DNA of 64,000 nt from an uncultured Burkholderiaceae bacterium (GCA_964480105.1 CAYZPX010000001.1:18163-82162); one strand, 5' to 3'; counted from the first letter of the stretch, positions 32,663 to 42,374 are shown. Numbers and translations: made by a program. The notes: generated by a model from the letters alone, not told the origin.

Positions 32663-34699
32663 GTGGTGTCGGCTGCGGCCGTTGTGTCGGCTGGCGCCAC
32701 GTCGGAGGCTTACGCGCAGCGCTTCTTCGGGGCTGCGGCCTACGGGGACGCTTCTGCGGTGGTCACGCTGACCTCGGCGCACAACATTGCCGCTCGCTGC
32801 AATGCGCTGGCGGGAGCTACCTCGTCGGTTAAGCCGACGACCATCTTTTTTGGCACGACGTTCACCCGCTGCGAGGCGATTGGCAATGGCGCCGTGTTGC
32901 GTAACGTTGCAGGACTGGCTTCGGCTGATGGAACTGCCTACGGCGAAGCACTTGCAGCGGACCAGCTGGGGGATTCCCTGGCGGCAGCCATCACGACCTC
33001 CGCCGCAGATGCCCACGTTGTTCACCCTGGGCGTGCGAACATCCTGGGTGTTGGGTCTGGTTCAGGTCTTGGCCTTGCCATCCGCATGTCGCCGGCCATC
33101 GGACTTGCCGTCGGCAATGGTTATGGCGAAGCGACCATGCAGCTGTCCGGCGAAGACTTCCAGCGCCTGGACGGGTTTGCCAAGGCCAGCAGTACCGCCA
33201 CGCCGATCTTGCGCAACGACTACACCGCGATCATTGCCACCTATGGGGCGTTTGATTTTGGCCGCACACTGACTGCAGAAGGGCGGGCGGCGATCCGCTA
33301 CCAGGCGGCGTCCTACGCCCTAGGGGTGGCAAGCACGCAGTCGGAGGCGCTACGCACCCAGCCAGGGTTTGCGGTTGGACAGGCGGTGTGCAACTACCAG
33401 GCGGATTACACCCTGATTGTGCCGGCTGGGGCTTCTGGCGCTTCGTCGGCAAAGCATTACTTGGTCGATGCGGACCAGCATTTCCTTGGGGCGGCTTCCG
33501 GTGCTTCGGCGGCGCAGTCGCAACCTGTCAAGTTCAACACCAAGGTCCATGGCGCTGCCACCAGCAGAGGTGAGGCGGCGTCTTTTGCGCCGACCTTTGC
33601 AGCCCACCACTTCGGCGCGGCCTCGGCTGCAGGTGGGGCGCAGGGCGCGGTGCCTTCGGGCGACATTGCCATCATGGGGGCGTCCAAAGCGTTTGGTTCG
33701 GCCGCTGGCCTGGCGGTGCCGGCGAACTTTCACCCCAGCTTTGCAGTGGCCAGCGCCACCAGCTTTGGTGTCGCGCCCTATGCGGAGCAGCATTACGCCC
33801 AGGGGCAAGCCGGCTCCACAGCGAGCGCCGGCGCGGAGGGGGTGCAGTATTTCTTCTTCCAGGGCAGCGCATCTGTCACTGCTACAGCCACTGCGACGGC
33901 TGTGCCTGCTGATCACCAGTATGCCGAAGCTTGGTCCACGGGGTCCGTGGTGGTGATGGCAGTCAATGCCAAGCGCAACGAAGCGTCTGTGCCGTTCCTG
34001 GCCACCAGTACGGCCACCGCCCGCGCGGACTACTCGCAGCACTACTTTGCCAGCGTAGAGGCGCAGTCGCGCTGCACAGCCAGCAGTCGGGAGATTTTGT
34101 ACCTCAACCACAAGGGCGAGGTGGATGCCAAGGCGCTGGCCACCAGCATTGCAGACCCATACTACCAGCGAGCTTCCGCTGTTGAGCCCGCGCGTGCAGG
34201 CTCCATCGGCTTTGCTGTCCCGGCTGATTTCCGGCGCGGGGCGGTGCTGGCCAGGTCTGAAGCTACGAGTTTTGCTCGCCCAGCGGATATTCGACGCGGT
34301 TCCGTTTCGGCCATCGCAGGTGCTGATGCCACCGTTGGCAGGCCGCGCATGCGCCTCTCCGGCAAATCACTGGCCGCCGCCGAAGGCTCTGGCCTCGTTG
34401 GTGGTACCCACCATCGAGCACCGGGTGTGGCTCCTGCCACTGCACTGGCCATCGGCTCCGCCAAGCCCGCTGATGTATTCCGAGCCGCGGCTTTGAGCGC
34501 CTCTTACGGTAGCGGCTTTGCATCCGCTGGCGTCTTTCGTACCGCTTACGCGCTTGCGATTGGCGCATCGACAGGGAAGTCCCTGGCCCAGTCCAACGTA
34601 GACGTGCTGGCACCCGCAAGCCGGGCCATGACCGTCACGACAGAGGAGCGAGCGATGTTCGCCCCCGAAGAAAACCGAACCATGACTGTGGAGGCCTGA
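32663..34699 (+). CDS. Ala/Gly/Ser-rich virion protein (678 aa from GTG 32663; possible true start ATG 32602 in another frame)
   Basis: Long ORF with strong third-position G/C bias. ATG 32602 (MNRSGINSSQLNGQRLAG) is out of frame by one nucleotide across the (CTGG)4 tract. Confidence 0.7.
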   Translation: MVSAAAVVSAGATSEAYAQRFFGAAAYGDASAVVTLTSAHNIAARCNALAGATSSVKPTTIFFGTTFTRCEAIGNGAVLRNVAGLASADGTAYGEALAADQLGDSLAAAITTSAADAHVVHPGRANILGVGSGSGLGLAIRMSPAIGLAVGNGYGEATMQLSGEDFQRLDGFAKASSTATPILRNDYTAIIATYGAFDFGRTLTAEGRAAIRYQAASYALGVASTQSEALRTQPGFAVGQAVCNYQADYTLIVPAGASGASSAKHYLVDADQHFLGAASGASAAQSQPVKFNTKVHGAATSRGEAASFAPTFAAHHFGAASAAGGAQGAVPSGDIAIMGASKAFGSAAGLAVPANFHPSFAVASATSFGVAPYAEQHYAQGQAGSTASAGAEGVQYFFFQGSASVTATATATAVPADHQYAEAWSTGSVVVMAVNAKRNEASVPFLATSTATARADYSQHYFASVEAQSRCTASSREILYLNHKGEVDAKALATSIADPYYQRASAVEPARAGSIGFAVPADFRRGAVLARSEATSFARPADIRRGSVSAIAGADATVGRPRMRLSGKSLAAAEGSGLVGGTHHRAPGVAPATALAIGSAKPADVFRAAALSASYGSGFASAGVFRTAYALAIGASTGKSLAQSNVDVLAPASRAMTVTTEERAMFAPEENRTMTVEA

Positions 34700-34978
34700 A
34701 TGATCTTGGGCACTTTTGAGAAGCAACCTGCCGATGTCAAGGACTACGACATCGACTATTCCCAGTGGCTGACACCTGGCGACAGCCTAGCTACCGCCGA
34801 TGCGACGGTGGATCAGCCGGGGCTGACCGTGCAGGCCGTCTATACCAGCCCCGCGCGGGTGAAGGTATGGCTTGCCGATGGTGCGGTGGGCATCAAGCAC
34901 AAGGTCACGGTGACCGCGCGCACCGACGACGGCCGGGTGCTGCAGCACGAATTTGTGATCAAAGTAAAGGACCGCTGA
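34700..34978 (+). CDS. small fibre-adaptor-like protein
   Basis: 92 aa. FEKQPADVKDYDIDYSQWL...GDSL...VKVWLADGAVGIKHKVTV resembles small beta-sandwich proteins found beside fibre genes. Confidence 0.55.
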   Translation: MILGTFEKQPADVKDYDIDYSQWLTPGDSLATADATVDQPGLTVQAVYTSPARVKVWLADGAVGIKHKVTVTARTDDGRVLQHEFVIKVKDR

Positions 34979-34979
34979 G

Positions 34980-36998
34980 ATGCCGCAACTGTTTGCAAAC
35001 AACGCCTTTGGAGCGCTGGCAAGCCCCATCAATGGTGCAGCCACGACGATCACACTGGTTTCCGGCGATGGAGCGCGCTTCCCAAACCCCACCGGAGGAG
35101 ACTACTTCCACGCCACATTGGTGGGTCTGAACGCCAATGGGGTCGAAAGCTCATGGGAGATCGTGCGCTGCACGGCCCGCGCTACGGACCAGCTGACGGT
35201 GACACGCGGCCAGGAGGGCACGACCGCCACCAGTTGGAACGCGGGCACGCGCATTGAGCTGCGAGTGACCAAGGCGGGTTTGGACGGCAAAGAAAGCGCT
35301 GGCACTGCAGCGGCAGCCATCACCACCCACGAAGCCGCCACCGACCCCCACCCACAATACACCACGACCGCAGAAGCTGCAGCAGCTGCCCCAGTGCAGA
35401 GCGTGGCGGGCAAGACGGGCGCTGTGACGCTGGCCAAAGCGGATGTTGGTCTGGGCAATGTGGACAACACGAGCGATGCCACCAAAGCTGTCCTGAGCGC
35501 CACCAAGCTGGCCACCGCCCGCACGATTGCTGGCACCAGCTTTGACGGCCAGGCCAACATCGACATCAGCTACACCAACCTGACCAACAAGCCGGCGCTT
35601 GGCACCGCAGCGGCGAAAGACATTCCAGCAACAGGCAATGCCGCCGCCACTCAGCTTGTCCTTGGGAATGACTCGCGGTTGAGCGATGCGCGCGCACCAA
35701 CAGCACACAGCCACGCGATCAACGATGTGACGAGTTTGCAGACCGCTTTGGACGGCAAATCAAGCACTTCACATACGCACGCCAACGCGACAACAGCCGC
35801 GGCCGGCTTCATGTCGCCCGCTGACAAAACCAAGCTGGATGGGGTTGCGACCGGCGCAACCGCCAATGCCACAGATGCGCAACTGCGGGATCGTTCTACG
35901 CACACAGGCACCCAGGCAATCTCCACTGTTACCGAGCTTCAGGCGGCGTTGGAAGCCAAACAGGCCACTCTGGTCAGCGGCACCAACATAAAAACAGTTG
36001 GCGGACAAACCCTGCTTGGATCAGGTGATATTCCCGCTGGTGGTCTGAATTACCTTACTGAAGTACGCAATACCACTGCACCAAATGCAACTGTACCTGT
36101 GCATGGGATCATTGCGACGGGCACTGAATCTAATATCGACTTGGTGCTTTCTCCGAAAGGGACTGGGGCGTTAGTTGCGCGAACCCCTAATAGCACATCG
36201 GCAGGAGGGGGGAATAAACGCGGCATTAATGCGGTAGATTGGCAATTACAACGAGCCTTCGCACACCAAGTCGCATCTGGTGGTTATTCTGTTATTTCTG
36301 GTGGGTTCGACAATGCAGCGAGCAGTCTATGCAGCACAGTCGGTGGCGGTGGAAATAATAATGGTGGTGGTGAATACAGTACTATTTCTGGCGGACAAAA
36401 TAATACTATATCTGCTAGTTTTTCTGTTGTTTCTGGTGGCAGAGGCAATGATGTGTCGAACATTTATTCTGTTATTTCTGGTGGAATATCAAATAGAGCG
36501 AATGGCTCGGCTTCTGTTATTCCTGGCGGAAGATATGCAACGACAAACTTGATTCAGGGTTTGTTTGCTTATGGGTTTTATGGAGAGGCAGTCGGGAAAA
36601 ACCAAATGTCCTTCTGGGGAGGGCGTTTAGAAACGACAAATGCGACCGCTACTCGCATTACAGCAGATGCAGCAGTCGCAAGTGTAATCAACCAATTAAC
36701 TTTACGCACTAAAAGCACCTTCCGTGTAAAAGGAACCGTTGTTGCTCGTAATACCTCCACCAACGACAGCAAAGAATGGACGTTTGAGGCGCTAATCAAA
36801 CGTGGTGCAGATACATCTTCCACCTCTATCGTAGGAACGCCGTCTATCACCAGCACATTTGCAGACACTGCCGCTGCAAGTTGGAGTATTGCGGTGACTG
36901 CCGACACAACCAACGGAGCCTTGGCTATTACCGCCACAGGTGCTGAGGCAACAACCATTCTCTGGACAGCCGTTGTTCATTCTATTGAGGTGGCTTAA
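34980..36998 (+). CDS. tail fibre protein with a low-G+C distal domain carrying YadA-head-like repeats
   Basis: 672 aa. Conserved fibre N-terminus (LASPINGAATTITLVSGDGARFP), DPHPQY, GLGNVDNTSD and SHxH motifs. The distal part has ISGGxxNxAS-type repeats. Confidence 0.8.
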   Translation: MPQLFANNAFGALASPINGAATTITLVSGDGARFPNPTGGDYFHATLVGLNANGVESSWEIVRCTARATDQLTVTRGQEGTTATSWNAGTRIELRVTKAGLDGKESAGTAAAAITTHEAATDPHPQYTTTAEAAAAAPVQSVAGKTGAVTLAKADVGLGNVDNTSDATKAVLSATKLATARTIAGTSFDGQANIDISYTNLTNKPALGTAAAKDIPATGNAAATQLVLGNDSRLSDARAPTAHSHAINDVTSLQTALDGKSSTSHTHANATTAAAGFMSPADKTKLDGVATGATANATDAQLRDRSTHTGTQAISTVTELQAALEAKQATLVSGTNIKTVGGQTLLGSGDIPAGGLNYLTEVRNTTAPNATVPVHGIIATGTESNIDLVLSPKGTGALVARTPNSTSAGGGNKRGINAVDWQLQRAFAHQVASGGYSVISGGFDNAASSLCSTVGGGGNNNGGGEYSTISGGQNNTISASFSVVSGGRGNDVSNIYSVISGGISNRANGSASVIPGGRYATTNLIQGLFAYGFYGEAVGKNQMSFWGGRLETTNATATRITADAAVASVINQLTLRTKSTFRVKGTVVARNTSTNDSKEWTFEALIKRGADTSSTSIVGTPSITSTFADTAAASWSIAVTADTTNGALAITATGAEATTILWTAVVHSIEVA

Positions 36999-37000
36999 TC

Positions 37001-37513
37001 ATGCATGTTCTGAAATTCCAAACACTTTCCGAAGCACAAGATCGCAGCCGTGCTGAAGCTGTAAAACGCATTGAAAACTACACGACTGAACTATGGTGGG
37101 GTGTTGCAAAACACGGCAACGAATACTGGATGGTTGTTGATGCAGATACACCGGATGCTGTTGAGGAGCCAGACGATACCAAGTTTGAGAGCATTCCAGA
37201 AGCATTATCCGAAGCAGACCTACTTGCTGTAAATGAGCAAATCAAGGCCAATAAAATTGAATCGCTGTGGCGTGCAGCCGATACCTATATCGCTCGATAT
37301 ATCAGCGGCGTTGCTATTGGTATCTTGACCATCGGTGTTTCTCAGATGAAGCCGAAAGCAATGGCGGTCACTGCTTGGACTCAAAACATTTGGGCAGAGT
37401 ATTACGCCCGAAAGGCCCTGGTGACGCCCAACAGCGTGGACAACCTTGATTTCAGCAGCTTTGGGCCTGTGCCGCATAGCGTGCTGGAGGTGAAGGATGA
37501 GGTGGGGCTGTGA
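37001..37513 (+). CDS. putative tail-fibre assembly or chaperone protein (low G+C)
   Basis: 170 aa, immediately downstream of the fibre gene and sharing its atypical composition. Confidence 0.5.
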   Translation: MHVLKFQTLSEAQDRSRAEAVKRIENYTTELWWGVAKHGNEYWMVVDADTPDAVEEPDDTKFESIPEALSEADLLAVNEQIKANKIESLWRAADTYIARYISGVAIGILTIGVSQMKPKAMAVTAWTQNIWAEYYARKALVTPNSVDNLDFSSFGPVPHSVLEVKDEVGL

Positions 37514-37761
37514 AGCTGCGCATCCTCAATTTCTTGATCGCCCTGGACCAGCTGGCCTACGTGCTGCTGACCCTGGGCGCAGGCCACCCGGACGAGACCC
37601 TGAGTGCAGCCGCGTACCGTACCGAGCGCAAGAACCGGCTTTTGGGTGTTGCCTTCAGGCCGCTGATTGACCTGATCTTCCTGCCCATCGAGCGCGAGCA
37701 CTGCCGCAAGGCTTATGAGTCCGAGCGCCGTGGATCGCAGTTGCCCAAGGAGTACCGATGA
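37510..37761 (+). CDS. small hydrophobic protein
   Basis: 83 aa. LNFLIALDQLAYVLLTLGAG is a hydrophobic N-terminus. Confidence 0.55.
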   Translation: MKLRILNFLIALDQLAYVLLTLGAGHPDETLSAAAYRTERKNRLLGVAFRPLIDLIFLPIEREHCRKAYESERRGSQLPKEYR

Positions 37762-38186
37762 GCCGAATCGTTGACCCATTGACCCGCGCCATCTTCGACT
37801 CGGACCTGATCAGCACCCGCCTGACCCTGGCCCTGGCCGAGCTGTGCTGGTGCCTGATGCTTCTGTGGCCTGGCGACACGTTCTCACGCCCCACCTACGG
37901 CCTGATGGCTGCGACCGCGCCCGAGATGGTGTGGGCGCTGATCTTTGGCGCGACGGCGCTGCTGCAGTTTGCCGTAGTGCTGCGCGACCAATTCCACACC
38001 CCATGGGCGCGCCTGTTTGCGACCTGGAACGCCGGGCTGTGGTGCTTTACCGTGGGCTCGATGCTGCTGTCCGTCTATCCACCCCCTGCCGCAGTAGGCG
38101 GTGAGCTGGCCCTGGCGTTTGCTGCAGTGTGGATTTGGGCGCGCCCGCTGATTCTGGAAAAAGGAGCCCTGCGCCATGCCCACTGA
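37758..38186 (+). CDS. multi-pass membrane protein (holin or antiholin candidate)
   Basis: 142 aa with about four hydrophobic helices, upstream of the endolysin. Confidence 0.5.
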   Translation: MSRIVDPLTRAIFDSDLISTRLTLALAELCWCLMLLWPGDTFSRPTYGLMAATAPEMVWALIFGATALLQFAVVLRDQFHTPWARLFATWNAGLWCFTVGSMLLSVYPPPAAVGGELALAFAAVWIWARPLILEKGALRHAH

Positions 38187-38499
38187 AGTCACGCACGAAG
38201 AAATCTGGAAGCAGCTGCGAGAAAACGGGGCCCTGCTGCAACACCTGCTGCTGGAGTGGGGGCACCACAAAGAAAAAGTGGAAGGCGCCTTCCCACTCGA
38301 CGACCGAGGGTTGCCCGACTACGGCGGCCACAAGGTCCAGCACCTGGCGATTGCTGCAAACGACAAAGCCATGGGCGAGTACAAGCGCGCCGTGACCACG
38401 CGGCTGCTGCAAGGCGCGATTGGCCTGCTGCTGACCCTGCTGACGTTTGGCATTGGGCCTGCCATCCGTGACGTGATCGGCCCGATCCTGGGAGGTTGA
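38176..38499 (+). CDS. holin-like protein with one C-terminal TM helix
   Basis: 107 aa. LLQGAIGLLLTLLTFGIGPAI. Overlaps the endolysin start. Confidence 0.45.
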   Translation: MPTEVTHEEIWKQLRENGALLQHLLLEWGHHKEKVEGAFPLDDRGLPDYGGHKVQHLAIAANDKAMGEYKRAVTTRLLQGAIGLLLTLLTFGIGPAIRDVIGPILGG

Positions 38500-39014
38500 C
38501 CGTGGAAGCAAAGAACAAGAATCGCCTGGGCATCGGCGCCCTGGCAGCAAGTGCCACGCTGCTGGTGGCCCTGGCCAGCCATGAGGGCTACACCGACAGG
38601 GCTGTGGTTCCGGTGCCCGGGGATCGCCCCACGGTGGGCTTTGGCAGCACCTTCCGGGACGATGGCACGCCGGTGCAGATGGGCGACAGCATCACCCCGG
38701 TGAAAGCACTGCAGCGCACCATGGCCCACATCCAGAAGGATGAGACGGCCCTGAAGCAGTGTGTGACAGCCCCTCTGGCGCAGCACGAATACGACACGCT
38801 TGTCGGGGCGACGTACCAATACGGCGTTCGGGCGGTGTGCAGCAGCAGCATGGTCAAGCTGACCAATGCGGGACGCTACGAGGAGGCTTGCCAGGCCTAT
38901 GCCCGCTACCGCTTTGTGGCAGGCCGGGATTGCTCTATCCGCTCCAACGGGTGCTACGGCGTCCACCTGCGGGCGCAGGAGCGCGTGAAGTCTTGCATGG
39001 GGCAATCGGAATGA
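38496..39014 (+). CDS. SAR endolysin (GH24 lysozyme)
   Basis: N-terminal LGIGALAASATLLVALAS is a weak TM (signal-arrest-release type). HEGYTDRAVVPVPGDRPTVGFG gives the E-x8-D-x5-T catalytic triad. Confidence 0.8.
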   Translation: MTVEAKNKNRLGIGALAASATLLVALASHEGYTDRAVVPVPGDRPTVGFGSTFRDDGTPVQMGDSITPVKALQRTMAHIQKDETALKQCVTAPLAQHEYDTLVGATYQYGVRAVCSSSMVKLTNAGRYEEACQAYARYRFVAGRDCSIRSNGCYGVHLRAQERVKSCMGQSE

Positions 39015-39057
39015 ATCCCGTTCTCATTTGTATGGTGATTTACTGGTGGAGGTTTCG

Positions 39058-39531
39058 ATGGTTCCATTGAGCCTGATCGCTGCAGGTGTGCTGGCGGTGG
39101 CCACTCTTGGGGCGGGCCTGCTGGGCTACACGCAAGGCGCCAAGTCGGTGCGGGCGCAGTGGGATGCTGAACGCGCAGCCACTGCGCAAGCCCAAGAACA
39201 ACAGCGCACCGAGGCCTTGGCCCGAGAGCGCCAGCTCCAGGCCAACCTCAACCGCCTCAAGAAGGAGAAGACCCATGAAGCGAATCGCATTGCTGCTGTG
39301 CAGCGTGAGCTGGCTGACCGCTTGTCAGACCGTGCCGACCGTCCAAGTGACGGAGGTGTGCCCCAGGCTGCCGGAGATCGAGATGCTGCCCCCAGCTGCA
39401 CTGGAGCACAGCTTTTCCGATCGGATGGCGAGTTTCTTGCACGGGAAGCTGCCCGAGCCGACGAGCTACGACTACAGCTTGCCCAGTGCCAAGCTGCCTA
39501 TGGCGAAGCCCTGAAAGGACAGAACCCATGA
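39058..39531 (+). CDS. Rz: i-spanin (Rz-like)
   Basis: ATG 39058 after GGTGGAGG. N-terminal TM helix followed by a coiled coil. Directly after the endolysin. Confidence 0.75.
   Translation: MVPLSLIAAGVLAVATLGAGLLGYTQGAKSVRAQWDAERAATAQAQEQQRTEALARERQLQANLNRLKKEKTHEANRIAAVQRELADRLSDRADRPSDGGVPQAAGDRDAAPSCTGAQLFRSDGEFLAREAARADELRLQLAQCQAAYGEALKGQNP
39275..39514 (+). CDS. Rz1: o-spanin lipoprotein (Rz1-like), embedded in the +1 frame of Rz
   Basis: ATG 39275 after GAAGGAG. MKRIALLLCSVSWLTAC has a lipobox (LTAC). The mature part is Pro-rich. Confidence 0.75.
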   Translation: MKRIALLLCSVSWLTACQTVPTVQVTEVCPRLPEIEMLPPAALEHSFSDRMASFLHGKLPEPTSYDYSLPSAKLPMAKP

Positions 39532-42374
39532 GTGTTGTACGCATCGAGTCTTTTGGTGGCGAGGCGCCATCCGTTTCTGGGCAAGCCTTGCCTGGCGACC
39601 TGGCCCAGCGCAACGTGAACCTGTACGCAGGCATCCGCGAGTTCCGCCCGCTGATGGAGGACAAGGACACCGGGGTTTCCTCGGCGGGTGCCAAGACCAT
39701 TTACCGGACCCAGCGCAAGGCGGGTGGCGGGTACAACAGCACGGACAACGAGTCCGCCAACTGGCGCGTGAGCACCAAGGAGTTGAGCTACGTCAAGGGC
39801 CAGGTGAACGATGACGCCAAGGAGCGCACCTACTTCACGACCAACGACGCTTCTGTCTTCCCGCAGGCGTTCGATTTGGAAAAGCCAACGCCCCGCCGCC
39901 TTGGGGTCCCGCCGCCTGGTGGGCTGATTGCCAACATCGTTGCCGGGGCGTCCTTTACGCTGGAGGAGACCGAGGGGGCCATCAAGGAGATTGCCAAGAC
40001 GGTCGCTGCGGCGATTGAGGAGTGCATCATTGACCCGCGGGTGGATCAGCGGGGGGCGCGGTACAAGGACTACAGGCCATCCAACGGCGTACCGAAAGCC
40101 GCCACCCTGACGCCGCTTGCAGGCCCGTACTCGAACTATGGCATGGGGCCAACTGAGGAAATTGCCTCGGTGCTCCCTGAGCCGTACAACGAGATGCACT
40201 GGCTGCTGTATGCCGTTCGGCCATCCATTGAGCTGCGGTCCATCTTTGGGGAGCAGGGCATGGTGGATCTCGGGGTCATCGTCAGCAACATCCCTGCGGC
40301 CACCAATTCCAGCGTGACAAGCTACCAGGCGGCGGTGACCATCCACGCCCTGCCGTTCTGCTTGGTCCCGGACAAGCCCGACCCGGCCAACCCAGGAAAG
40401 CTGCTACTGGAATCCAAGCTGCGGGCAATCAAAAACCCCAAGGACGGCTCGCCGCTTTTTGATGACAAAGAAATCATCAGCATTCTGGAGGTGCTGGTGG
40501 ATGGGTCGCGCGTGGACCGCTTTGCAAAGAACCTGCGCGAGGAGTTCGATCAGGTCGTCAAGGAGTTCTCGGAGGTGGTCTTCAACACCACGCAGGCCGA
40601 CCTGAATGTTCCGCTCACCGACGTAGGGCCGGCGCCAGTGCGCCCTGTGGAGCCGACTCGGCCCGGTGTGTCTGAGTACCCCGGGAACGGGGACGAGATG
40701 GGGGACATGGACCCGCAGTGGGTCAAGTACTACGAGGATCTGAAGACATACAACGCCGCCCTCGCCAAATACAACACCGACAAACAGGCATACGACCAAA
40801 AGCTGATTGACCGAGGTCTGGATGCGGGCAAACTTGCAACCGCGCAGCAGGGCCTCGCCTCGCGCGTGAATGCGCTGCGCAACCGCGCCATCAGCCTGTC
40901 TCAGCAGATCGAGGCCCGGGTGTTGCGGGTGTACCAGGAGGAGATGCTCAACCTGGAAAACTTGGAGGCGTCTCTGGTCAACGGCTTTGGCGGGGCGCCT
41001 GCGCTGTTTGGCGGCGTGGATGACGACCGGGCCAAGGAGGCGCGTTTCTATGTGGCCACCCATGTGACTGACTGGGGCGAGGAGTCCGCGCCCAGCCCTG
41101 TGACAACGCTGCTGGAGCCCACCCAGTACGACACTGTGGAGGTGACTTTCCCGGCGCCGCCCGCTGATCGCTTCATTCAGAAGGTTCGCCTCTACCGCAG
41201 CAATGCGGGCACGACCAACGCGGCGTTTCAGTTTGTGGCGGAGTTGGATGCGCCTGCAGCCAATTTCGTGGACGGCCTCAAGGCCGCCGAGCTGGGGGAA
41301 GGCCTGGCAACCACGACCTGGGCGGAGCCGCCCGAGAGGCTGGTGGGCCTGGTGGGGATGCCCAACGGCATCATGGCTGGGTTCTTTGACAACACGGTTT
41401 GCTTTTGTGAGCCGTATGCACCCTACGCCTGGCCGGTGGAGTACCAGATCACGACTGAGCACCCCATCGTCGGCCTGGCAGCCTTTGGCCAGACGCTGTT
41501 TGTGGGGACCACGGGCTCCCCGTACTTTGTCAGCGGCTCAGACTCGGCCTCGATGTCGGCCCTGAAGATGGACTCCAACCAGTCATGCGTGTCGCGCCGT
41601 TCGATTGTGGCGGTGCAGGGTGGCGTGCTTTACGCCTCGCCCGACGGTCTGTGCCTGGCCGATGGCCGGGGCATTCAGGTGGTATCGCAGGGTCTGTTCA
41701 CCCGGGAGGACTGGCAGGCGCTCAAGCCCGAGACGATCCTGGGTGCAGAGCACGAGGGCATCTACTTCATGAGTTACGAGGGCAATGGGGGTGGGGTGTT
41801 CTGCTTTGACCTGCCCAGCAAGAAGCTCACGCGACTGGCTGGAATCCTGCCGTCTGCGCTGTTTGTCGACCGGCTGAACGACGTGCTGTACTACGCCAGC
41901 ACCACCGGGGCGCAGACGATTCGCAGGCTGTACGGTGGCACGACGCGGCGCACGGGGCTTTGGAAGTCCGGGCGCAACCCATTCCCGCAGCACGCCACCC
42001 TGGCCTGGGCGCAGGTGGAAGGTTTCCCAACGCCTCAAGACCCGGTGCTGATCCGCCTGTACGGCGACAACTATTTCATCGACTACCGGGGGGATGTGTA
42101 CGAGGCGCAGACTGAGGTAACAGTCCGCCAGGTGAACGGGCAGACGGTCTCGCAGACTTCGGTGACTGGGTGGCGCCGGCGCCGAGACGGGGTGTTGTTT
42201 GTGCCAGGAACCCCCGAGCACACCGCCATCAACTACACGGTCAAGCTGACCGACAGCAAACCGGTGCGCCTGCCGTTTGGGCGCTGGCGCGACCATGAGA
42301 TCGAAGTCGAGAGCCGTTCGCGCGTGACCCGTGTGACATTGGCAGGTAGCCTTGAGGAGTTGAAAGCCGTATGA
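39528..42374 (+). CDS. large virion or tail structural protein (948 aa)
   Basis: ATG 39528 overlaps the Rz stop. Long, well-biased ORF with no motif I can name. Confidence 0.7.
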   Translation: MSVVRIESFGGEAPSVSGQALPGDLAQRNVNLYAGIREFRPLMEDKDTGVSSAGAKTIYRTQRKAGGGYNSTDNESANWRVSTKELSYVKGQVNDDAKERTYFTTNDASVFPQAFDLEKPTPRRLGVPPPGGLIANIVAGASFTLEETEGAIKEIAKTVAAAIEECIIDPRVDQRGARYKDYRPSNGVPKAATLTPLAGPYSNYGMGPTEEIASVLPEPYNEMHWLLYAVRPSIELRSIFGEQGMVDLGVIVSNIPAATNSSVTSYQAAVTIHALPFCLVPDKPDPANPGKLLLESKLRAIKNPKDGSPLFDDKEIISILEVLVDGSRVDRFAKNLREEFDQVVKEFSEVVFNTTQADLNVPLTDVGPAPVRPVEPTRPGVSEYPGNGDEMGDMDPQWVKYYEDLKTYNAALAKYNTDKQAYDQKLIDRGLDAGKLATAQQGLASRVNALRNRAISLSQQIEARVLRVYQEEMLNLENLEASLVNGFGGAPALFGGVDDDRAKEARFYVATHVTDWGEESAPSPVTTLLEPTQYDTVEVTFPAPPADRFIQKVRLYRSNAGTTNAAFQFVAELDAPAANFVDGLKAAELGEGLATTTWAEPPERLVGLVGMPNGIMAGFFDNTVCFCEPYAPYAWPVEYQITTEHPIVGLAAFGQTLFVGTTGSPYFVSGSDSASMSALKMDSNQSCVSRRSIVAVQGGVLYASPDGLCLADGRGIQVVSQGLFTREDWQALKPETILGAEHEGIYFMSYEGNGGGVFCFDLPSKKLTRLAGILPSALFVDRLNDVLYYASTTGAQTIRRLYGGTTRRTGLWKSGRNPFPQHATLAWAQVEGFPTPQDPVLIRLYGDNYFIDYRGDVYEAQTEVTVRQVNGQTVSQTSVTGWRRRRDGVLFVPGTPEHTAINYTVKLTDSKPVRLPFGRWRDHEIEVESRSRVTRVTLAGSLEELKAV

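Noticed and set aside
32663-36998. Possibility of a BPP-1-style diversity-generating retroelement acting on the fibre genes.
   Set aside because: There is no reverse transcriptase gene in the window, and I found no template/variable repeat pair near the fibre gene 3' ends.
39086-39274. Upstream part of track ORF 39086..39514 (142 aa).
   Set aside because: Only the portion from ATG 39275 makes a sensible o-spanin, with a GAAGGAG Shine-Dalgarno, a lipoprotein signal and a lipobox. The upstream part is off-frame reading of Rz.
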